DNA of 64,000 bases, taken from Balanoglossus misakiensis (taxonomy: Eukaryota > Animalia > Hemichordata). The notes under the pieces are model-generated. The model was given only the letters and a program-made list of their open reading frames with translations, did not search any database and was not told the origin of the DNA. The stretch is from NCBI GenBank assembly GCA_040954595.2, contig CM082583.2, positions 3,605,060 to 3,669,059 of the forward strand, read 5' to 3'. Shown here piece after piece: positions 49,128 through 62,648 of this stretch (its first letter is position 1; each line of letters starts with the position of its first letter). A program made the translations under genes and the position numbers.

Positions 49128-52049
49128 TATCAGTCAAGACGTGATGATCAGATGCCTTTTCCTGCTGCCAAATACCACAGCACTAATTCAGCCAATGGAT
49201 CAAGGTGTACTCTATGCAACAAAATGGCACTACAAGAGAAGAATGCTACGAAAACTGATCATCGAAAAAAACATGACATCTCCATCACCGATTGTGTCAA
49301 GACCGTCACTTTGAAAGACGCATGTTACATGATAGCTGAATCATGGAATGATCTGAACAGGGACACTCTTGCCAATGCATGGCATAAACTCAGGTTGAAC
49401 ATCGAAGAAGCAGCGGTCCAACAACGCGACAGCGAAGCTTGCAATACTGATACGAACATTGTAGACCTCACCGATGGCCTAACACCAGAAGACCGCAAAG
49501 AAGTTGAAAACTGGTTTCATACTGATGAGAACGACGGATTTTGGACGATGATGAACTGATTCAGACAGCATCTTCAGCAACCGACAATTCTGAGTTTACC
49601 GAAGATGACGAGGAAAACAACGATCCATGTGAACAAGTTTCATCGCACAGCGAGGCAGCCGATATGTTTACGCGAACCAAATGTTTGGATAATCGACGGT
49701 TTACTGTAGTTAATATGTGACATTTAATTTCTTCCTACCTTTAGAATATTACACTGTTGTCAGGCATTGATTCTAATCAACATTTCGGCGTTTCCACAGG
49801 CGTCAATTTCTTCTCCGTCCCTACAACTGCACGGAATTGGAGTTTCTGCCAACCAGGAATTTCCAAATGCTGAAGCTGACCAGTGAACAGTTCCATTGAC
49901 ATCCCTGAAATTTGTTGCATTTAAACCACTATTAGTTGTTTGTATTGATATAGTTTGTATTGATATATTTTTCAAGTATTTGTGTTTGGTCATCAAAACA
50001 TACACACCTCTGATTACACACCTCAGATTACACTAACCACAAATGCACATTGCTTGATGTTCAACAGATAAATATCAATATCTAGATAACTGATAATTGT
50101 TTAAGTAATACACCGTTCTTACTCTAAAAGGCTCAAAGTAGAAGATGAAAGAGTAGGCATGAGGGAGAGAGAGACAGAGACAGCAAGACAGATGTTTGAA
50201 GTCTCTTATAATAATATTCCATAATTTTCCTGTTTCCTGGAGTGACTTTCCAGGGAATTTCAGAGTTTGGATTGAAAGTTGTTAATACTAATCTTTCAGG
50301 AGTTATCATTGTACAGATCCTGGTGCGTGTATTGAAGACAGACTCTCAAATTGTACAACAAAATGACTTACATGAAATCATCACCAGGATTATCATTGAA
50401 GTTACCACACAGACCACAGAGTCTCCCTTTGTATGTACCATCTGCGGTGACCTCTCCAAAATGGGAGCCATCCCACGACACGCGAATACCAATACTTGTA
50501 TGCACAACCACCATCAACCCTGTCATGTGATGATGAAAAAGTATTTTGATACAAATTGGCGTAATTACCTTTAACATTTGAAAAGATTCCATCAGATCTG
50601 GGAAGGCAGAAGAATCAGAACATGAAAAGCAAAGACCAAGTAAAGGTAAAGGTGCTGCCTATCTCTACAATTGGCTTATATCAGATTGATAATGTCGATG
50701 TCAATGGGTGTGTTATCAATGATCAGTCATTATCTGTATCATAGCAAACTTCAATGGGGTTCACACTGGACAGTTTATATCAGCCCTTTGAATGTAGTTA
50801 CTTTAAGTTTGCTCAACAATGCAGACATGCTAGTCTTATCTGGGTATGAAAAGGGTTAAGTTTGACCTAAAATTTGACGGACTTACCCATTTTTTGTATA
50901 CTTAGGTCTGGTTCCTGCAAGTAAGGTAATTCTACCAGGCCTCCATTGACGGTTACTGTCAAATCTGGCAATAGGTTGATCACCCAATCAACTAGTCTGA
51001 TCTGAATGACTTGTGTCCAGGCAACAGCACAGGCACTCTTTCCATCATTCTGAACTATAATCTTAAAGTTATTCTGATAACAATCTTGTGATAAGACATA
51101 GGTACATGTCCCTTGGAAGGAGAAGAATTTCCCATCATATGTCCGGTAATGAGGATCTCCAAATACAATACATGACGCAGACTCTGTAAAAAGACAGAAT
51201 GCAGAAAAACTTAAGAGTGTCTATCAAAGAATGTTGCAATAATCGCAGCATTGTAACAACAGACGTCAAATGTTACCCAAAATTTGTAAACAAATTATAT
51301 TCACAGAGTGCTTATTTTGTTCGCAACACATTCTGTACAGTTTTGAGGTTCCAGAGTCACATTGTATGTCTCTATTTGGCTACTCATTCTGATTGCAAAC
51401 ATTTAATGGTTTGAAGAACCTCAAAAGGCAATCTGGCTGGCTCTAGAATTCTTATTAAAAGGAGTTTATAACAATTAATAGGGCAACCATTTTAATTTGA
51501 TAGTCAAATTAAACTATCTTTCTTTCCTTTCCATATGTTACAGATTCATAAACTACCCAACAAACACTGATTTTGTAGACTGTTTTAGAATTGAATAAAG
51601 TAAAACCTGTTTAAACCTGACACCAAAGGGACTGAATAAATTGTTCGGTTTGCAGAGGTGTGGTTTACAGACTAAGGTTCTTTTAACAAGTGGTTCCATG
51701 TCAAAGGGACAAGAAGTCAAGTAGAACTAACCCCAAAGTTGGCATAACCCGTGAAGTACGGTACAAATGCGATTTTTTGCAGAAAGTGATAGTTGAGGGG
51801 GTACTGACTCGGAATCAGGTTGATGCCACCTTGGCACCCTTGAGCATTTTTTTTAATTAGCCATGCCCACTTTTAATGCATATAATTACCAAAGACACAT
51901 GCATTTCAGTAACGTACATGCCATATTTGGTGTCAAACTGAAGCTAATGTCATGTAAAAAGCAAATTTAAACATATTAAATAGTATTTCAAAACCCTTGA
52001 TGCAATACCACCCAGAAGTTATTATACACTGCTCTCAAAGATCAAACAC

Positions 52050-54000
52050 AGGAAAACAGACCGACATCTTCAATTAGCTCTCGAACACGGAGGTGTCGAC
52101 TTACAGCCACAAGACACGAGCTCTAGAACTGACTTGGGTGCGATGTCTGGACAACCATATACAGGGACGGGGATATCTTCCTCTAATTGCCATCCAGACG
52201 CAGACAGGTTGGTTGTGCATTCAGGAGTTTGTCAGCAGCACGCCACAATAGAACGTGCAGACATGCACGTTTGATGTGCTCTGTTGCACACTCTTTGGTT
52301 GGCGAAAGACTTTTTATCCTTGGAGGGTCCTTCTTCCTCATGAACAGTGTGCATCTCAAGTGGCTAAGAGATTCCCCACAGTAAATAAAGGAAAGGAAAC
52401 CCATCCCTGCATCCATCCATTCATGTTTCTTTGCTGTTTCGTCTGCGAATACCTTCAAGTGAAGATTCATCTTGTTCATCAAACTGATAGCTGATGTCTT
52501 GCCTTTTCCGTACGGAAATGACACACTATCGCAACCAGCATGGAGGGCCAACAGGTCGCAAGACTTGTCTCCCAGTTTAGAAACTGTAGCATTGATATCA
52601 ATCACCTTGCCGTTATATTTCCTCATTGATACTTGGGCTCCGGGCTTGTAAAGCCAAACAAAGTACACCAGAAGGACGAAGATGTCTGTGTCATCAGCCA
52701 ATACTTGTATGTGTTTCTGTTCTGGTAACATTTCAAGCAGATAACTGATCAATTTAACATAAGCTTCTTTATGACGGTAGACACTTTGATCTCCAATCAA
52801 GTGCAGGTGTGGAGTGGAGTGGTCCGTTTCGCATAAATACTGGATGAGGGCTTCTTTGTTTTTGTCACTTTTCATGATGACTTCTTTAGCTGGGAGCATA
52901 GTGTTACTATTCAACACGTAATCTTGTCTGACACCCTTTGTCTTTGTAGACGTTCATGAGACTTGATGGAGTGTTTATCATACCGATCAAATACAATGTA
53001 TGTGAAATGATTCAATGAACGTTTCAGCAAAGTTGTTTACTGTTGTATTTCTTTGCCAAGAAGTGTGGTAGATTGCTTCATTACCATCGATAACCTCAAG
53101 ATCCACTTGTTCCAGAGGAGTTAACGAGAAGACTGCTACTTTCTGAACCAGAACAGCTTTGATTCCTTTCCTCATATCACCATACTCATCGAAGAGGGCA
53201 GAAGGCACTGGAGTGAGTTCATGTTTGAAGACCTCAGAAAGATGGATGTCCCTGTTTTGTGATATGACAAGTAAGCGAGCATACAACTTCTCTGAGTCAT
53301 AAATGGTAGAACCTCCAATTTGTGCCCTTTTCTTCAGTTTTTCCATCGTGACTACCTCTCTCTTGATTGGCATATGGAAGCCGTCAGGTAAGTTGCTCAC
53401 AAATTTGTATGCCATTCCTTGGCCGATGGCAAGAGCATCATCCACATTCACTTCTTTGGGTGCCTCTCTTCCGTTGATAATGTTGGAGAGTTAGTGGTTT
53501 TGCTCTGAACAGATCGGATTTGCATGTTGCTTTAGCTCTTCCCTGATCTTGTTCCTATCTGCAGCATCCAGACGTCTTCTACGTTCACCCTCCTCCTTGT
53601 GCGCAGTGATCTTCGCATCATCTTTGGATGGCTTGACATCATCACCATACATTCCGTCCATGAGAAGGGACATAATGCATTGAGAGGTTCTTGGATATCA
53701 AAATATTACACACTGATAGAAATAGCACCTTGCCAGTAATTTTAGTTCCAAATAAACAACTGTTTTCAGCTATTTCGGGTGCCATCACACTGGTTTGCAC
53801 AATTTGCTCAGTTCACATTTTCTCCAACTGTTTCTGACATGCTGAACAGACACAACCTCCGTCAGATATATTTTGTGTCTCCAGCCAAACTTTAAAGTTG
53901 CTGTCCTTATTTATATTGTGATACCATCTATTGACTTTGTATGCCTTGCACTTGGCACATGGTCCACAAACATCATGTGACGGATGTGCAATTTTAGAAA
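52050..54000 (-). pseudogene. Academ transposase fragment (XPG-like region and Cys-rich tail) in a host intron
   Basis: HELTPVP, IDGN, HKEA, ADDTDIFVLL, HAGCDSVS..GKGK and LVSCGCKS motifs. Confidence 0.8.
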
Positions 54001-54237
54001 GAGACCATTTCCAAAGTTAACAGTAGTTATAGGAAAGACAGAGGGTGTAGTGACGACAAAATCTCAGAATAATTTACAGTGTCTACTACAATGCTGATTA
54101 CTACAAAAAGGCTGGCTTGAAAAAACAAGTAATGAGATATTCTTTAATATGTTTTATGGAGTAGACCAAGAAACCTCACTTGATACCCACGAAAATACTC
54201 AGAAAACAGCACAAAGTTAGAGTTAACTGAGCTTTAA

Positions 54238-54426
54238 AGGTATACAGTCACCTCCAATTGACATACGCCCATATATGGCAGAAATGGCGCATTTGAGGGT
54301 TCTAAAGAACACATGGTGGCGCTCGATCTTTTTTCGCGTGTGCCACCCACTGAAAATCAGTGATTGGCTAGATCTCAAGTTTACCATGGTAACTGTAGCT
54401 AAATTTCCATAGGTGACCGTATACCT
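54238..54426. mobile_element. Kolobok-type MITE
   Basis: TTAA|AGGTATACAGTCACCT ... AGGTGACCGTATACCT|TTAA. Confidence 0.85.
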
Positions 54427-55425
54427 TTAAACTAGTGTTCTTAGTCTAGGTCCATAAAGTTTAAAAAAATTGTACCGTCTGACCATACGCTACTGGATTC
54501 ATGACTGACAAACTTACTTACCGCTGAGCAAGTCAAAGGTTGACAGACTTCTTGACCGCAGCCCTCTTTCCATTGACGCAATCACAGATGTCACACCCTA
54601 CATGCCAAGTTTCACCAGACTGTAAAAGTGAAAGTTTAAATTTTGTTGGAATCCAGGTATGCATGCTGTGTGTATAATTGGTCTGTCTTTTATTATTACT
54701 TTGTGTTTCATTATACATTTGCTGTGCTACCTGTATCCATTCTCTCTACCTCTCCCATATTTACACTCAGTTTTTAGCAGTTACTTGAATGATAACTGCG
54801 TACTAAACACATAAAAAGAGGTGTACCTCACTTGGTGCACAGACTGGCACAAATTGCTGATGAGTTAACACCTGGCACAGCTCATCTTGCAATGTGAAGT
54901 CTCGCCAGAATTCATTTTTTTTTCAGAAAATGTATCATTTATCTTAGAAATTAAATTGTTACCTGAAATCTCCTGCCTTTGTACATACAATAAGATTCCA
55001 CGGTACATTTTGGACAGCAACTGCCATCTGGTAAAATCTGGTTTGTTAGATCACAGTTGATTTGTTCACAATTAGGCCCTTTACAGGTTTCCTCCCCATC
55101 CTGAACAGAAATTCAGGAAATAATGAATGACATAAAACAGATCTATGGAGAGGATGAACAATTTTCAACAATCCAGATAGTGAATGTACAGGAAAAATAG
55201 CAACAATTTGATAGAGAAAATGTGCCATCTGGTAGAATCTGGTTTTCTAGATCACAGTTGATTTGTTCACAATTAGGCCTTTCACAGGTTACCTCTCCAT
55301 CCTAAGCAGAAATTCAGACAACATTGCATGACATACAGCAGATATCCTATGGAGAGGATGAAATATGTTCAACAATCAATGTAAAGAATTATCGCAACAC
55401 TATTCAACAAGTTATACAAGTTATG

Positions 55426-56700
55426 TTAAAATGTTGCATCATACAAGTCAACATGGCGGTCAGACAGACGACTGCGTTTCGCGCACTTGATACGGTTCTG
55501 AGTACTGAAGCCCCTTTCACAAGGAACACTTGAAACCGGTACAACCAGAGCGATCGATGCGAGGACGGAATAATCCGGAAATATATCGGCGTGATCGGTG
55601 ATAATAACTCGGCACGCGTCTTCGAAAAAACGAACTCTGTGTCCTGTTAGTGTCCTTTTGACTGCGAGAAACTGATCGCGTAGACGGTCGCTATTTACAA
55701 GCGGTCGCACCTCGTTCCCTTCAGCATCCCGTTTCACCTCGCCGTAAAATGCTGCCAATCAGTCAATCTGCTCGATCGCTTAATCGCGAAGGCGTTCATC
55801 GTCATCTGGGTACTGACTCACGTTAACAACGCGATTCAGACAGTTCAGTATATCTAATGTGTCATCTGGAAATCGTTCTTCCATGCTTGTTATCAGATGT
55901 TCGATGAACGACACTCTAACCTGGTTGTACGCAGTCACGTTTGCAACACTGGCATATGTGAGTTGAATTCCACGAAAAGTGCGATTATTCTCCTCGAATT
56001 TCTGTTGAAACTGACTTTCACTATGTCCGGACATTGGTCACACGAGAAAATCATGAAGTGTCGATATTGTTGTATTTACCATCGGCTTTATTCGCGACAA
56101 ATTGACATCCTTCCACTGAAACACCAAGTTTAGCCTATCTATAACCGGTAGAACGTCGGTGAGAGTGTAGGTCATTGCAACGAATGAATATGGTTTGATC
56201 AATCGCAACAAACCATCAGCGGTAGGATTTTTTCTCGCATCTTCATCGAGCTCTTAAACCAATGCTGGCCAATTACTTTCAATCGACTTGACAGCTCACG
56301 ACAGGGACAGCCATCTCACTGAACAAGGCTGTTTATAAGACTGCGGAAATCACAGGTTTCAAGGGCTTTGTTCTACCTCCATGAGTTCACGAAGTCGTTC
56401 GTAACAACTGGCAGAGTACTCAAAGTAGTTATAGATAGAATTGACCGTATTTCTGTATTTGCTGACCTGGTCGACGCCTTTAGCAGCATCCGACGATACA
56501 AGCGCGACTCTGTGGGCGGCAAAGTGTACTTGTATGAGAAACGGGTTTATGCGTTTTAGCCGTACGCCTACACCGTTGTGACGGCCAGTCATAACCGACG
56601 CTCCGTCTGATCCCAGTCTGACAAGTTTGTACTTAGATATGTTTTTCTGCTCAAGTTGCGCAGTATTGCTTCGGTAACAGTCTCGGCATTTCCCACAGGA
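55426..56700 (-). pseudogene. hAT transposase fragment (ZNF862-like) in a host intron
   Basis: LGSDGASVMTG, H(F)AAHRVAL, VRWLS and PVSSVPCERGFS motifs. Confidence 0.88.
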
Positions 56701-59175
56701 ATGGTGACATTTCAAGAAAAAGGGTCTTACTTGAACCATTTTTACGATCCTGATAAATATGACGAGTATTTTATTTACTGTTATGTTATCGGTTTCAACA
56801 ACACTGACAGAAATGACTGGGCTATAGGCAATTTCCGCACCAAGTTGCCTCTCGAAAACTTTCGCGATCGCGATCTACCTTTCTCTGACAGTCGTGGTGT
56901 TGGTACAGTGCATACGCGGGCGGTATCGGACAACCGTTTTTTTGTGTTGTAAAAAGTTAACACAGAAACATATTACATGATTCAACACCAAATGATGTAC
57001 ACAAAAAACTTACTTGCACAGCATGGACAGCATTCACCCGCATCACCTAGGATTCTATCTTCGTTACATTCTAACTCAGGACACAATTTGACATCACATG
57101 AAACATGACCATCCTGACAGAAAATACACACACAGACAATAAGACAACAACTCATATGGTTGCCAATTGATCATACACTCATTAAAGTTCACACACAAAA
57201 TGTTTATGAATATCAGTAAAACTTGTTTTCCAATTCACCACTTTTGATTTCGAATGACACTTTTCTAAAACAAAGTAGCTTTGTGGATGTCTAACTGTAG
57301 GGGAATCTTACTTTAACCCTTCCACCACCATGGTTTAGTCCAAATCCATTGTTTTCTATGGTAAAGTTGGACTTCTAAACAGAGAATGGGGGTGAAAGGG
57401 TTAAAATAAGACTTGCATCTGGGTTTTTCACTTACCATACACATACATGATGTACCGGTACAAGGATTAAGTTTAAAATCTGTGCCATTCTGATATACAA
57501 TGCCTGTTGTATTACTCTCACAAACTCTTTCCAAAGGCTCCCTTACAGGATAAATACACATTATACCACACACATGTGCACCAATCAGAATGATCAATAT
57601 GAGGTCACACAGGGGTCATAAGAGTGTCAAAGCCAATCAGAGTGCACAACAGTCAGACTATTCATCTCATGGTTCATTTGAAGGATTTGCCAGAAGTTTT
57701 TCCAATATTTTTTCAGGACTTTTGAAACCAAAACTACCATTTCCTGAGAGTGATTATGCAGATCTTGTTTTCAAAAGAATCTGCAATAATTGCGGAACTT
57801 TCAGGAATGAATTTCATTTTATATTTCTATGTCTTCAAGAAGTGTATAAACTTTGTCAATAATGTCAGAAAAATTGTTACACAAAGTTTAAAAAAAACAC
57901 TGACCTGTACATGTTGGGCAACATGCAGAGTGTTCTACTGTGACTCTCTCTAGAGGACAATTCAGTGTTGGACAAAGAATTGGTAGACACAGCAATATTC
58001 CTTCCTGTAATCACAAAATAAACGATTCAATCTGGCGTATGTGCACAATTATCATACACTGGAATTGTCCCCATTTAACTTCATGCGAAAGAGCACATGG
58101 AACAAAAAATGTTATTTGTTGAATATAAATAAGTTGTTGTTTCATCTGTTGTTTAATGCTCTGTTTCCTTAACCACACAAAGTTATCATTATAAAATTGT
58201 CTACACATGATTATAATTGGAGATTCAAATCCTCTTTTATCCCAGTTGTAATACACAGGAAGCTACCATGGGTTTTCCACACTTAACTACCAAGTTTGGA
58301 TTTGTTACAATCTGTCATGGATTTCCCATAGGGTACTTTGACAGAGTAAATAAGATTGCACCAGTATTGGGTGACAAGTAATTAAGACTTCGGGAATGAA
58401 AATATCTGGTGCCTGGGCAAGTCATAAAAACTTGGAACTGGATTTGACTTGGTCAGCCCAAAAGTGCTTCCCGGGTCACCTTTGTTACAACTTGGGATAT
58501 TAAGATGATTATCTTACTGAACACTGAACACTGGTCATCATCTGGTTTTAAAATGGCACCTTCCTGATATTGTGACACCTCTGAATTCACAACCAATACA
58601 TGCTTGACAACACTGGTTTGGTACTCGGACTGGATTCTCACATGGTGCTGGACATGTGACTGTTGTACAGGAGATGTCTTGGTCCTGTCAACACAAAAAC
58701 AAGATCATCTAAGTAACAATCAAGAGCAGTATGATAACACCACAGGTGTGGCATCGTCACGTTTGCACAGTCACAGCAGGCTGCATAAACAATGCAGGAT
58801 CATAATGCTCACACATTGAAAAATAGCATCACGTACACTGTAGTCCCATTTAGGGATTACACAAAAAAAGTCTACACCAGAGTACATACAGACAGACAGA
58901 CAGACACACACATAAAGAGATCAACGGGCAAACACTGACTGGCCCATAAGCTGCCAATGGCATGTGTACTGTACTGGTACATACACCAAATAGAACAGCT
59001 GGTCTCTTTAACAGCCAGTTTTGTAAACATGCAGGAATTTGCTGTGTTTGCAAATCTCAATAGGGGGTTCTCCCTAATTACAAAGAACTATCAGGTAATT
59101 TCTCTTCTTGAGATAACAAATTTTGTGGTATAAGACAAAATATCCTGAAAAATTATACAAAATTTCGGAACTAGC

Positions 59176-59388
59176 TGTTGTAAATGCAGAGCTCACCTTA
59201 TTTAAAGGATACTGGTGCGTGACTTGATGACTAGTAGTGCTTGTAAAGCTGAAGAACTTCGCAGAGTAGAAAAGTACCAACGCTCTGGTCCACGTCTTCT
59301 GGAAGAGGTGGCAGGTTAAACCATATCCGCCTGAGGGATGGGTGAGCTGTTATGACGTCATCTGGGGACCCTGTGCCGACCCACAACA
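59176..59388 (-). mobile_element. 3' LTR of a Gypsy-type retrotransposon
   Basis: On the minus strand it reads TGTTGT...ACAACA (213 bp), immediately preceded by the polypurine tract ATGGTGGGGAGGAG (59402-59389). Confidence 0.75.
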
Positions 59389-59679
59389 CTCCTCCCCACC
59401 ATATTTAAAAGGGCTTCGTTTCTTTATCCCCAAACACCGGGGGATAACACAACAAGAAAAATGGAAAAATAGAAACTACCCCCAGGATGTCCAGCGGGGC
59501 TTTACTGGGTATGCTCCACTGGCCTGCTAGTTTGTTTGTTTCCAGCTTTTTTTTCTGAAAACAATATCCCCATTTGAGGAGTGTCCTTTCCCTATATTCG
59601 TTTTTTAGGTAATCCCCTGGTACCCCCAACCCAAACAGTAAGTCCCCACCTATCCCTTCAAAAAAGGGACAGGTGCCGG

Positions 59680-61200
59680 GTGTTGTTAGCCGCGGTCTCT
59701 AACAGCTGCTCCGCATCCCCGCCTCGCACCTGGGCCACCTCACCCCCCCCAAAAAAACGAGGGAATTGAACTGCTGATCCCCGCACAGGGCCAGGTGTGG
59801 TGAGTCCGTCTCCAGGAGGATCCTGTCCTCGGGGATTTCCCTCAGTGCTTGTGACTGGACCCGATCAAAACGGGCCACGCTGGAAGAGAAACTAAAGTAG
59901 CAGTTGGGGAAGGCCTGGCTCCAGCGGCAATACGTACGACAGTCACCTCCGAAATTGTGAATTTGGATTGGCTGAGCAGAGGGGCGCAGTTTTCGGACGT
60001 CAACATCAGAGCCAGGGCATGGACGTCACTAGTGTTTGATTCCCTCCTCGTGCTTCTGATGTGTAAGATGATGGGCTTATCTTGTGGTGCCACTTCCAGA
60101 AGTTGACACCATTCACTGTATGGCACAGTTCTATCCAGACCTATCTCACCAAGGGCTGCCACCAGGGATGGTTTACGAGATCCCGAATCTGCTCGAGCAG
60201 CTCCCCCTTCAGCTTTTCGTATTCCGGGGGTGCAGTCCAATCGCAACCTTCCACCCTGGCTCCCAGAGAATGATCTCGGGGTATTCTTCAGGGTCACAGT
60301 AGTTCAAGTTCTTGCCCTGGTGACAGTCTGAGTAGTTGACGGGAAGTGGCGACGCCTTCGTCCTTGCGAGCCTGGGTCCGCATCCGATCTGGATGAAAGA
60401 GGGCGTCTATAGCCTGGGGTTAACCCCTTGGCTGGTGACACCGTACTCAGCTGTCTAGCTTCCGGGTTTCTGTCTTCCCTTGGGTTTGTCCTCCTCTCCT
60501 GGGCCACTTCCTGATGGTCTCTCTATCTGACGGCGTCAGGTCCACCAGGAGGGTAAGGAGCACTCTCCAATGTATTAGTCGCCTGAGGATGAGTCGTCTT
60601 GGCAGCACCTCCCACTGCTGCCCTGGTTCGACACCTGGGCTTTCTGTCACCTACTGGACTTCGCTACAGGTGATGGTGCGTATAACGAGCTTCCATGCTT
60701 CCGCACTAAGGCATTCACCGAGACCATAGGCAGTAGGGACAGTGCATCCATTTCTCTTTGTTCTGACCAGCGTACTACTGTGGATACTTCCCTTCCTTGG
60801 GGCCTCGAGTCCGCTCCCTGCTCTACCATATCCTGTCCCTTCTTCAGAGAGCCAGGGGAGGTCGCTGGTTCCGCCGAGCTGGACTGCGGCTCTGAAGAGC
60901 TGGGAAGACCCCTCCCACCGGACTTCTTGGGACTTCTTGGGTCTCGTTGTACCTACAGTTTTCTATGATGCGCCGGGGTAAATCTGGTTGCGTTAGTAGG
61001 CGGATGTCTCTGCACATCCCTCGCTCAGCATACTCCAGTGGCATTGCCGCCGCCTTCTTTGGACTTGGAGGTTGATGGTTTTGAGCTAGGTTTATATGTC
61101 GCATATTCTGGACGATCCATGGGATGTCCAACATGACGTCTCCTTCACGCTGTATTCGGAAGATCCAGCCCCAGTTCCGTTTTGATTTGGCCAAGGATTA
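59680..61200 (-). pseudogene. Degenerate extra ORF with a TatD-family nuclease domain, just upstream of the PPT/3' LTR
   Basis: Reading across frameshifts gives AIDA(L)FHPDR, YCDP, AIGLHP, ALGEIGLD, PIILHIR and IPEDRILLETDSPHL, in canonical TatD order. Confidence 0.85.
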
Positions 61201-61811
61201 CTGGTCTAGGAGAGCTCTTGGGCTTCTCCCCTCGGCGCCATCATGATGCCATGTACCGGTATTATCTCTCAGGAGTCAAGGAGACGGCGTGCCCGAGTGG
61301 CTCTTCTCATGTCATCAATGGTCAACTTGGGCATTGGTCTGGGCATGTTCTCGTTTCGACTAACTCTGTGGGCAAGAAAAGAGAAAGCGTTAGTCTTTAG
61401 TGGGTACATTGGGGGCAGAAATACATGTAATCTCGCGGGCTATTCTTTCCTGACATGTGAAACCAGTCAAAACATTTGTCACATTGAATCATTGGGCTGA
61501 AGTCGTTCGGTCCCCGACAAATGAAATACTTCATTGTGAATGCGCAACAACTCGCATTATTTACTACACTCTAGTCGACACGAAATCTCGACGTAACCGT
61601 TACTCATTAAATATGCTGACGTAATTTACCTAAAATATCGTTAATAGCCCTCAGTGGTGCTTATCTTAATTGACTAATATGCCAGTCAATTGCCGTCTCA
61701 TGTGATTTTATTTCCCTGCCGTTTGACCTGAATAAATCTAAATCTTTTGATTTGCATTCGGCTGCGCCAGACTGGTTTTGAATATTCAATTTTTTGTTAC
61801 ACTGATTATTT

Positions 61812-62150
61812 AAATGGCCCAGGGTATTGCCCTAACAGCTGAGGAAGCTGCTCAAGTTGATCGTTTGGTGGAAAATTTTTGAGACGACGATGATTCTGAT
61901 GAAGAGTTTTTAGGCTTTACCCCTGAGGAACTTGAGGAACTGGTAACGGAGTTGGAACGACTTAGACGAAACTCCCGATAACAACTGGATTGAAGACGAT
62001 GACTTCACGTTTCAGCTGAACTTTCTTCCGGGTTTTCGGGAGGATCAGAGCTGACCGCAGATTGATACAGAGAATTTTAGTCCTACTGATTATTTTTTAC
62101 TTGGACGAAGAAGTTACTATCGTCACGCAAACCAACTTGTATGCAGAGAC
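61812..62150 (+). pseudogene. piggyBac transposase N-terminal fragment
   Basis: Acidic DSDEEFLGF followed by FSPTDYF...IVTQTNLYAE. Confidence 0.7.
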
Positions 62151-62648
62151 TCACATCTACACGCCCAATGTTCTCAAGCAGTCGGGTGATCACTGCAATT
62201 TGCCACAAAACTATCTCTCTCAGCACAGCTATACGGTTCAAACTCTTCTGTCGTATTTATTTCAACAACACAAATTCAGAATACAACACAGCAGTTTGGT
62301 ACGTCATCTCTAACCTACACTGCTAATTCTCATCTCAATCTCTAAAAAAAGTTCAACAGACGGGATACACTGCAACCCGCGGCACTAGGAACGGCAAAAT
62401 TCACGTCTCTGCTTCACAGGAATCTACCGACCTGAAGTGGGAGGAACCCAGTTCGTTCAAGCGTGAATGTCCCGGTCAGAGGTAGCTACGTCGAGCTTCG
62501 TAGAGCAGCGTTCGACACGCTTAACAACTCTCCTCATCTGTGCTCAAGTCTCCTACCCCTTTCTGTTTACGTCTCGCAACACGCACTACTTCAATTGCGC
62601 AATTGGGATGGGGTGCCTCTTTGTCTACTAAATTGTAACGTTGTTACA
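62150..62648 (-). mobile_element. Probable partial solo LTR
   Basis: The minus strand begins TGTAACAAC and contains AATAAA (~62258); the other end is unclear. Confidence 0.35.

Larger units (their letters stand above)
45564..49706 (+). mobile_element. pogo/Tigger (jerky-like) DNA transposon with both TIRs, disrupted
   Basis: TA|CAGTAAACCGTCGATTATCC ... GGATAATCGACGGTTTACTG|TA. CENP-B HTH (MKRKRNVLDLDTKLSIIDRLESG), YNVDETGL, KDRITV, DNAPSHP and PNTTALIQPMDQG motifs. Confidence 0.92.
49739..58684 (-). pseudogene. BMPER/crossveinless-2/kielin-like VWC+VWD gene, apparently disabled
   Basis: GT-AG exons: 58684-58518, 58004-57905, ~57541-57436, 57113-57014, 55100-54963 and 54619-54522 (VWC repeats; CCPxC in several); 51183-50887 (CIVFGDPHYRTYDGKFFSFQGTCTYVL); 50519-50372 (WDG..LCGLCGNFN); 49904-49739. 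There is an in-frame TGA at 49760-49762 and frameshifts in two VWC exons. Confidence 0.85.

Noticed and set aside
49760-49762. Selenocysteine/readthrough TGA
   Set aside because: The position is not a conserved Cys, it is simply explained by CGA>TGA, and other exons have frameshifts.
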